A stretch of DNA of 20,855 bases from a virus (Duplodnaviria > Heunggongvirae > Uroviricota > Caudoviricetes), in the IMG/VR virus record IMGVR_UViG_3300042691_014730, positions 1 to 20,855 of that record; one strand, 5' to 3'. How positions within the stretch are numbered: the stretch's first letter is position 1; each line of letters begins with the position of its first letter. Position numbers and translations under genes: made by a program. This document shows positions 1 to 5,409 of this stretch, piece by piece. The notes beneath the pieces are model-generated. The model made no database searches. It saw nothing but the letters and a program-made list of their open reading frames with translations, and was not told where the DNA came from.

Positions 1-22
1 TGCCTCCAAAATAGAAACAAAA

Positions 23-142
23 CTAACACGCTCCACTCACTAACCACTCACCTATATAGTACCCATACATATATACTTTGTATATAAAATAAAGTACTAA
101 TAATCCTAATAGTAATGACAATCCTCTTAATACATTAATCAT
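23..142 (-). CDS. 39-aa predicted single-pass membrane peptide (not in ORF track)
   Basis: Manual translation MINVLRGLSLLLGLLVLYFIYKVYMYGYYIGEWLVSGAC; GGAGG Shine-Dalgarno (SD); ATGA overlap with the stop of 139..330. Confidence 0.7.
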   Translation of the reverse strand: MINVLRGLSLLLGLLVLYFIYKVYMYGYYIGEWLVSGAC

Positions 143-330
143 AATTCCTCCAATGATATAATCATTATTATCCTAATTGCTTTAAGAAAAGTAGGTGAAT
201 AATCAAATTCATCACTCAAATAACTACCATTATTATATATCCCCCATAGGTTACCATTTAGCCATTCTATATTTTTTACAAAGTTATAACTAATCCCATC
301 GAAAGGTGAATTATATATTACTAGGTGCAT
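139..330 (-). CDS. hypothetical protein, 63 aa
   Basis: ORF track; AAGGAG SD upstream of ATG. Confidence 0.75.
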   Translation of the reverse strand: MHLVIYNSPFDGISYNFVKNIEWLNGNLWGIYNNGSYLSDEFDYSPTFLKAIRIIMIISLEEL

Positions 331-484
331 TAATAATCTCCTTATATATTAATAAGGCTAAGTACCTTACGTTTGATTGTCTTAATGTTATTGATGTATT
401 AATAAAATCATTTAACATAAAATCATTAGTGATAACATAAGGATATATTATCTTCTGTTTATTAAGACGTTGTTCTATAATCAT
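311..484 (-). CDS. hypothetical protein, 57 aa (not in ORF track)
   Basis: MIIEQRLNKQKIIYPYVITNDFMLNDFINTSITLRQSNVRYLALLIYKEIINAPSNI; ATGA overlap with the stop of 481..669, GAGG upstream; fills the gap. Confidence 0.65.
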   Translation of the reverse strand: MIIEQRLNKQKIIYPYVITNDFMLNDFINTSITLRQSNVRYLALLIYKEIINAPSNI

Positions 485-669
485 ACAGCCTCATTAATTA
501 TTTCAATAATATCTCCACCAATATCTAATGTCAAAGATTCTTTATTTAACTGGTCGTTAGTTAATGTGTAGTTATAAGAGTCCCACATATCTTTAATAAT
601 GTCCTCAACATTTGCAGTAAATATAAACATACTACCTGTTTGAGTTGTGATAATAATTTTCTTTTTCAT
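481..669 (-). CDS. hypothetical protein, 62 aa
   Basis: ORF track; AAGGA SD; ATGA coupling with 666..851. Confidence 0.75.
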   Translation of the reverse strand: MKKKIIITTQTGSMFIFTANVEDIIKDMWDSYNYTLTNDQLNKESLTLDIGGDIIEIINEAV

Positions 670-851
670 TTTAGTTTCCTTTGTGAAAGTTTAGTAAATC
701 CTAACTTAATAAAATAATTATATTGTGAATCAGACATATCGGTAATTCGGTACTTATTAGAAGAAGCCGAATAACAATAGGCTAGAATATTTTCACGTTT
801 TTCAAAGATCAATATTTTTTCTAAGATAGAATCCCAATATACTTCAATCAT
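666..851 (-). CDS. hypothetical protein, 61 aa
   Basis: ORF track; ATGA coupling at both ends. Confidence 0.7.
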   Translation of the reverse strand: MIEVYWDSILEKILIFEKRENILAYCYSASSNKYRITDMSDSQYNYFIKLGFTKLSQRKLK

Positions 852-1123
852 AATTTACTCACTTCATACACTACTATTCCCTTTAAATAATAATTATCAG
901 GAATAGGTTTGTAGTAATCTGCACTATAATAATATCCGTCTTTCAAAAGTTCATTATTATTTCCATAATTATAATACCATGTTTGATGATACGCAAATTG
1001 TTCTGGAATTCCATGTTGATTAGTTCTTCTATTGGAACTTATTGCATAACCTTGTTGTAATAACCACAACATATGAGCATGGTTATAACATATTATGTCT
1101 GTTTTAATTAACTTCATAACCAT
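848..1123 (-). CDS. hypothetical Tyr/Asn-rich protein, 91 aa
   Basis: ORF track; AAGG before start; TAATG coupling to the upstream ORF. Confidence 0.7.
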   Translation of the reverse strand: MVMKLIKTDIICYNHAHMLWLLQQGYAISSNRRTNQHGIPEQFAYHQTWYYNYGNNNELLKDGYYYSADYYKPIPDNYYLKGIVVYEVSKL

Positions 1124-1272
1124 TACCTTATTGCATTGATTGCATCTAATAAATTATTATAACTAATATTATTAACTAAGAACTTATTATATTTACAAAT
1201 AATAGCATTACCTTTATAAAATGATGTCCAGTGACCACGAATCATTGACCATTTAAGAGTTAGTTTCTTCAT
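1123..1272 (-). CDS. hypothetical protein, 49 aa (not in ORF track)
   Basis: MKKLTLKWSMIRGHWTSFYKGNAIICKYNKFLVNNISYNNLLDAINAIR; AGGAG SD; its TAA overlaps the next ATG. Confidence 0.7.
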   Translation of the reverse strand: MKKLTLKWSMIRGHWTSFYKGNAIICKYNKFLVNNISYNNLLDAINAIR

Positions 1273-1435
1273 AAAATTCTCCTATTTTAATATAATTAGA
1301 ACGATGTTTTATATGATGAATATATAGACTAGGATTAATTATATAATCAAGATTACTATCATATAATTTTGAATCATTTAAAATAATATAGTAATCACAA
1401 TTATAACAATTAAAATAAATTTCCATCATATACAC
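1253..1435 (-). CDS. hypothetical protein, about 60 aa, with CxxC
   Basis: ORF track; CYNC motif; the true start may be the ATG at 1429 or 1426. Confidence 0.65.
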   Translation of the reverse strand: MYMMEIYFNCYNCDYYIILNDSKLYDSNLDYIINPSLYIHHIKHRSNYIKIGEFYEETNS

Positions 1436-1569
1436 ACACTATTGTTATATCTAGCTTTAATAACTTTATCTTTTAATAACTTAAGTCTTGATCTAATATC
1501 AATATGGTGATCTTTTAATAACTTAAGAATCATAAGTTCTGTACGCAAAGCGTTTATATATGTAGTCAT
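1426..1569 (-). CDS. basic hypothetical protein, 47 aa (not in ORF track)
   Basis: MTTYINALRTELMILKLLKDHHIDIRSRLKLLKDKVIKARYNNSVCI; AGGAGG SD directly after the ligase stop. Confidence 0.7.
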   Translation of the reverse strand: MTTYINALRTELMILKLLKDHHIDIRSRLKLLKDKVIKARYNNSVCI

Positions 1570-1577
1570 AGTTCCTC

Positions 1578-2462
1578 CTATAAATCTATTTCATTTCTAA
1601 ATCCTTTAAACACTGGAAACCTAGGCTTATCCTTCATACCACTAGGTTGATATGTATATGTTATTAGTTTATTAACATACGTATTTTTATTATTCCATAT
1701 CATTGTTCTTAGTTCATCATTAAATCCTGTACCTATTTCAAATACAATACCACTATTAATATCTTGTACTTTAATAGAGCCAAGCTTACCAGTTGGTACT
1801 AAGTTTTCTTTATTAGAACTACGCTTAGTGTTACCTAAGTTATCAGTTACTGCTTCGTTATCATTACTCATCATCTCAGTGAAGTCTATTACTTTAGCCT
1901 CACTATCTTGAAATTGTTTTATCTTAATAAGAATCCCTTCTCTTAATGTAGACCTACCACATTTATATAAGGAATTAGGTTGTCTAATCATTACACCTTC
2001 ATAGTTATTATCTTGACACCATTGTTCATACATATTTAATTCTGTAACATTATTAATTTGTTTAGGTATAAGTGTTTGAATCCATGATTCGTTTTTGTGT
2101 ATAGGATTAGTTGTAAAGCGACTTAACATATCACTAACCCTAGCATAATATGGTCTATTAATATCAGTTACATAATCAAATATAACATAAGTAAAATCGG
2201 GCTCACCATCTTTACTCATTACTAAAGATTGTGTTTCATTGAATGTTTTATTAGGACATATAATTTCACCATCTAATCCATCAGGTAATGTTAATAGTTT
2301 ATTTCTTATATAGTCATTAGGTATATCAATAAACTTACGGGACAATACTTTACCATTAATTTTTAAACATCTAATACCATCTAACTTGGGTGTTGCTAAT
2401 ACAGGGAACTTAATATTATTAACGTCATCAATATTACAAGCGAGTAATGGTTTAGTTATCAT
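1578..2462 (-). CDS. lig: ATP-dependent DNA ligase, minimal Chlorella-virus-like type (NTase + OB fold with latch)
   Basis: Motif I TPKLDGIR (adenylated Lys), III DGEI, IIIa FDYV, IV EGVMIR, V LIKIK, OB-fold IGTGF, motif VI PRFPVFKGFR; AAGGAG SD. Confidence 0.96.
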   Translation of the reverse strand: MITKPLLACNIDDVNNIKFPVLATPKLDGIRCLKINGKVLSRKFIDIPNDYIRNKLLTLPDGLDGEIICPNKTFNETQSLVMSKDGEPDFTYVIFDYVTDINRPYYARVSDMLSRFTTNPIHKNESWIQTLIPKQINNVTELNMYEQWCQDNNYEGVMIRQPNSLYKCGRSTLREGILIKIKQFQDSEAKVIDFTEMMSNDNEAVTDNLGNTKRSSNKENLVPTGKLGSIKVQDINSGIVFEIGTGFNDELRTMIWNNKNTYVNKLITYTYQPSGMKDKPRFPVFKGFRNEIDL

Positions 2463-2649
2463 TTATTTCTCCTTGATTAGTTAAATCACAAACATATTTT
2501 AATAACCCACTTCTAAGATATGATATAATTGAATCATCACTCACATGAAACCAGTAATCACACCCACGACTAGTCCAAGATAAAAGAGATCTGGTCACAT
2601 CATATACTAAATATCTTCTATCACTTGTGTATAGATATAGCTTATACAT
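2452..2649 (-). CDS. hypothetical protein, 65 aa
   Basis: ORF track; GGAGG SD; TAATG coupling. Confidence 0.75.
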   Translation of the reverse strand: MYKLYLYTSDRRYLVYDVTRSLLSWTSRGCDYWFHVSDDSIISYLRSGLLKYVCDLTNQGEINDN

Positions 2650-2942
2650 TATACCTCCTGTTTACAATCAGGACAGTACCAGAATTGTAACGTTCTACTA
2701 ATAATATTATGATATTTTTTAGAGTGAGAACATGATTGTTGTATTTGTTGTACAGTTAATGTTATCGGTTCCGTTGTTACTAATCTAATATGTTTCATTT
2801 TATCTATAAACTCTATAACATTTATATTCTCAGTACTTGTATCAATATTGGTAATATGATAAAAGTCACCTGATACCTTGGTTATTCTATATTTATATAT
2901 ATCATTAGTTATAATATCTCCGACTTTATATTTAGGATTCAT
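2649..2942 (-). CDS. hypothetical protein with N-terminal SH3/KOW-like segment and C-terminal Zn-ribbon-like motif
   Basis: PKYKVGDII start typical of small beta-barrel phage proteins; C-terminal CSH...CPDC; GGAG SD. Confidence 0.7.
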   Translation of the reverse strand: MNPKYKVGDIITNDIYKYRITKVSGDFYHITNIDTSTENINVIEFIDKMKHIRLVTTEPITLTVQQIQQSCSHSKKYHNIISRTLQFWYCPDCKQEV

Positions 2943-3174
2943 TACTATCTCCTATTTTAGTTACTTCTTTAGGGTGAACATAAAAACGATCTCTATAACG
3001 TGAATGATATTCTTGATTGTATGATGTTAAAAAATGAACAATCAACTTAGAACTATTTTCTTGTCTAACCACAATACCAATATCACCTAAGTAATAACCA
3101 CCATAACAAGAATCATATTCTTCGGAATGACCATCACAATTTATAATTTGTATTATATCTCCTGCTTTAAGCAT
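2932..3174 (-). CDS. hypothetical protein, 80 aa (SH3/KOW-like)
   Basis: GGAGG SD; LKAGDIIQII...GDIGIVV...LIVHF pattern. Confidence 0.7.
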   Translation of the reverse strand: MLKAGDIIQIINCDGHSEEYDSCYGGYYLGDIGIVVRQENSSKLIVHFLTSYNQEYHSRYRDRFYVHPKEVTKIGDSNES

Positions 3175-3188
3175 ATTACCTCCATTAG

Positions 3189-3272
3189 TTAAAATGTTTT
3201 AACGGATAAAGATATAACGTGAAGGTAAGATGCCAGTACAATAATCCAGAAGGTTACATAATATTTAAGCAT
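3189..3272 (-). CDS. 27-aa hydrophobic peptide directly downstream of hammerhead 1 (not in ORF track)
   Basis: MLKYYVTFWIIVLASYLHVISLSVKTF; AGGAG SD 5 nt before ATG. Confidence 0.65.
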   Translation of the reverse strand: MLKYYVTFWIIVLASYLHVISLSVKTF

Positions 3273-3289
3273 AGTTACTCCTATTGTTT

Positions 3290-3349
3290 GGACTCATCAG
3301 GATAGACCTAATCTATCTACGTCCCCTAATTCTAAGGGACGTTTCGTCC
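3290..3349 (-). ncRNA. hammerhead ribozyme 1 (type II)
   Basis: Minus-strand RNA: GGAC-GAAA-CGUCCCUU(AGAAUU)AGGGGACG-UA^GAUAGA(UUAGG)UCUAUC-CUGAUGA-GUCC. Full core (CUGAUGA, GAAA, GUA triplet); stem I 6 bp, stem II 4 bp, stem III 9 bp. Predicted cut between 3318 and 3317. Confidence 0.9.
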
Positions 3350-3421
3350 TTATCCCCTTCTAATCATTAAGAATTGTATTAGTGGTAGGGTTAAAAATAA
3401 TAATATGATTACATAATCCAT
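3350..3421 (-). CDS. 23-aa hydrophobic peptide ending at the 5' edge of hammerhead 1 (not in ORF track)
   Basis: MDYVIILLFLTLPLIQFLMIRRG; ATG overlaps the tandem TAA stops of the upstream gene; weak SD. Confidence 0.5.
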   Translation of the reverse strand: MDYVIILLFLTLPLIQFLMIRRG

Positions 3422-3423
3422 TA

Positions 3424-3738
3424 TTACCCAACCATTTTATTAGGATTAAATGCTTTAATAGGTTTTCTTTTTAATTGTTCTTTATTAGCTTCTACAAAAG
3501 CATCAATCTTATCAAGGTTAGCTTTAAGCTTCTCATATTGTTCAATAAACATATTAACTGGGAAGTTACCACCTAATCCTTTAATAGTTAAGCCACCACC
3601 TTTATTAACTTCTACCCTTACTTCTTCACGCACTAAGCTGTTAAGAATCCTTAATTGTTCTTGTTGTTTTTGAATTTCTTCTTTAAGAGCTTGTGCTTCT
3701 TGTTGTAATTGTTGTGCAGTTTTAGTTGATGTTGTCAT
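3424..3738 (-). CDS. coiled-coil + small beta/alpha domain protein, 104 aa
   Basis: AAGGAG SD; N-terminal Q/E/K-rich coiled coil; KGGGLTIKGLGGNFPVNMFIEQYEKL resembles, from memory, a widespread small bacterial/phage family (KGxVSVYGLGRFPVTLYxEQW). Confidence 0.8.
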   Translation of the reverse strand: MTTSTKTAQQLQQEAQALKEEIQKQQEQLRILNSLVREEVRVEVNKGGGLTIKGLGGNFPVNMFIEQYEKLKANLDKIDAFVEANKEQLKRKPIKAFNPNKMVG

Positions 3739-3784
3739 AAATACTCCTTTAGTGACGTTAAGTCACGTTGTTAATTGATTGTTC

Positions 3785-3838
3785 TGGTGTTTCGTCTTAT
3801 TAAGACTCATCAGCCTAGGTTAAATCCTAGGGACACCA
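3785..3838 (-). ncRNA. hammerhead ribozyme 2 (type III)
   Basis: Minus-strand RNA: UGGUGUC^CCUAGG(AUUUAA)CCUAGG-CUGAUGA-GUCUU(AAU)AAGAC-GAA-ACACCA. Canonical core, GUC triplet; stem I 6 bp, stem II 5 bp, stem III 6 bp. Predicted cut between 3832 and 3831. Confidence 0.95.
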
Positions 3839-3839
3839 A

Positions 3840-4132
3840 GGATAAGAGTACGTTACCTCATACTCCTATCCTAGTGATCCTCAGTATGCTGTTATCCTGT
3901 CCTAGTACAATAACCTAGGAGTTCTTATGGCATACCAAGGTACTCTAAGTTTTCTCGGTTTTTCCGAGCTATACCATATAGGTACTTAGAGTGAATGAAG
4001 TTACTTCTCGCTAAGATAGTTCTCGCTATCGAAGTCCATAACTCCCAACGGCTTATGTCTAAAGCAGTTACTATCCGTCTAGCCCAACAGTCAAGCTGTT
4101 AGCCCTTTTATAGTAACCTATGTCTTGTTACC
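3840..4132 (-). ncRNA. unassigned highly structured RNA (about 290 nt)
   Basis: ORF-free. Helices read by eye: 4117-4110/4074-4067 (8 bp), 3992-3984/3950-3942 (9 bp closing a 3-way junction), 3940-3930/3889-3879 (11 bp enclosing a possible pseudoknot), 3871-3861/3850-3840 (11 bp). Confidence 0.65.
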
Positions 4133-4417
4133 TTAGATAAACGCTATACCATTTTCAACTTTAGTCAAGGTTATAGCTTGTTTATTAAGTAACTTCTTAA
4201 GTCTATTGACCTCGGCGATTAGTTTTTCTTTAGAGCTTTTGCCCTTAAGATAGAAGCCTCGTCTAAATAAACTTATATCACTAGGGCAGTTAGTTTTAAC
4301 GTACCCTGAGTTAAACACTTTTTTGTTAGCTATAACGTCTTGACGTTTTATAGCGTTTTGTTTATACCCTACATTAGCCCTTTTACAAGCTAATGCAGTT
4401 TTACTTAATGTTCTCAT
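4133..4417 (-). CDS. basic hypothetical protein, 94 aa, possibly nucleic-acid binding
   Basis: ORF track; AGGAG SD 11 nt upstream, inside hammerhead 3 stem III; about 21 K/R versus 5 D/E by my count. Confidence 0.75.
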   Translation of the reverse strand: MRTLSKTALACKRANVGYKQNAIKRQDVIANKKVFNSGYVKTNCPSDISLFRRGFYLKGKSSKEKLIAEVNRLKKLLNKQAITLTKVENGIAFI

Positions 4418-4430
4418 AAGTTAAGTTACT

Positions 4431-4486
4431 CCTATTTCGAGTCAAAAGACTCATCATCAGTAGGGACTCAATTATCCCTAGATAGG
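4431..4486 (-). ncRNA. hammerhead ribozyme 3 (type III, extra U between A9 and G10.1)
   Basis: Minus-strand RNA: CCUAUC^UAGGGA(UAAUUGAG)UCCCUA-CUGAUGA-U-GAGUC(UUUU)GACUC-GAA-AUAGG. AUC triplet; stem I 6 bp, stem II 5 bp, stem III 5 bp. Predicted cut between 4481 and 4480. Confidence 0.8.
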
Positions 4487-4556
4487 GAGAGTTAGTGTTA
4501 GCTAACTCCCAATTAGGTTACTAAGTAATATTATAGCGAGAGAGATTTTTATAATA

Positions 4557-4754
4557 TTAGCTAGCATGGTTATCCATTTTTTCAAGTTCCCATAATTTCT
4601 CATAAGCACTATAGTGTGAATAACAAATTATTTCTTCTTTTTCAGATTCATGATTTTTAAAGTATATTACTTTATACAAGTTATTATACTTATCATAGAT
4701 TATTTTACATAAGAATCCAGTATTTACATTAGTTACTTGTTTAAGAAATATCAT
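4557..4754 (-). CDS. hypothetical protein, 65 aa; first ORF of the leftward arm
   Basis: ORF track; GGAG SD. Confidence 0.75.
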   Translation of the reverse strand: MIFLKQVTNVNTGFLCKIIYDKYNNLYKVIYFKNHESEKEEIICYSHYSAYEKLWELEKMDNHAS

Positions 4755-4871
4755 GTTTACTCCAGTTTTATATATACTTGAATGTATATATTTTATTTAT
4801 TTTTGTATCTCAGCTTGTCAGGCTGATGCCGAGCTAACATTCAAGCCCAATGCCAACTGCTTTTCTGAACA

Positions 4872-4993
4872 AAATCAAGCACTTAGCCTCGGTTCACAAT
4901 GACACCAGTGTCAAAACGCCACCGACTTCGGAGTCAAAACGCCACTAAACGTGGTATCAAAATGCACCAGTACCAACGAAATCAATGACTTAG
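4872..4993. repeat. three 23-bp-period direct repeats bracketed by a second 15-bp direct repeat
   Basis: GTCAAAACGCCAC at 4910 and 4933, variant ATCAAAATGCACC at 4956; AAATCAAGCACTTAG (4872-4886) and AAATCAATGACTTAG (4979-4993). Confidence 0.8.
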
Positions 4994-5035
4994 AGCTAAG
5001 TACCTGATTTCTCGTAGGTGAATATAAGAACACCC

Positions 5036-5184
5036 ATGCGTGTGTTTAATACCTGCGTGTGCGTAACGTGTGCGTGTAGCGTGTGTGCGAGCGTATGTGT
5101 GCGTATGCACGAGCGTGTGCGTAACGTGTGTGCGCATAATGCGTGCGTAGGCGTGTGTGGGTGCGTTTGCGTAGGGGGGTAGGG
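5036..5184. repeat. alternating purine/pyrimidine (GT/GC) low-complexity tract ending in a G-run
   Basis: Mostly GTGTGCGT-type sequence; 18-bp GCGTGTGCGTAACGTGTG at 5055 and 5113; GGGGGGTAGGG at 5174-5184. Confidence 0.9.
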
Positions 5185-5409
5185 ACGTTTCAGGATATGC
5201 CTGACATTGACCGAGTACACTCTCCCACTTTACCCTCTCAACTATAGAAACTCTCCAACACTCACCTACTTATCCTTCAACGCTTCTAATAACAACTCTT
5301 AGTACATTAGCCCTTAAAACGCACAGAAATAGGGTTATTTAACATCGTATTAGCACACCCTAATACTTAGTATAAAAGTCATTACTCAACGTTTAAAAGG
5401 ATTCTGACG

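Noticed and set aside
1578-2462. The phage ligase as the enzyme that rejoins or circularises the hammerhead products
   Set aside because: ATP-dependent DNA ligases need 5'-P and 3'-OH; hammerhead ends are 5'-OH and cyclic phosphate.
3851-3871. AGGAG-U-AUG-AGG-UAA mini-ORF in the last hairpin of the structured RNA
   Set aside because: SD-AUG spacing of 1 nt is too short and the SD is base-paired.
3840-4132. Twister, pistol, hatchet, HDV-like, group I intron or tRNA identity for the structured RNA
   Set aside because: Could not fit the conserved cores by eye; left unassigned pending cmscan.
4525-4830. Leftward sigma70 promoter candidates (TATAAT at 4535-4530; CTGACA at 4821-4816)
   Set aside because: No matching -35/-10 partner at 16-18 bp; the early promoter remains unlocated.
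5129-5152. GTGCGCATAATG resembles the XerC arm of dif
   Set aside because: No XerD arm (TTATGTTAAAT) follows, and it lies in low-complexity sequence.
4996-5220. Track ORF of 74 aa (H/T/R-rich)
   Set aside because: Artefact of translating the GT/GC alternating tract; no SD.
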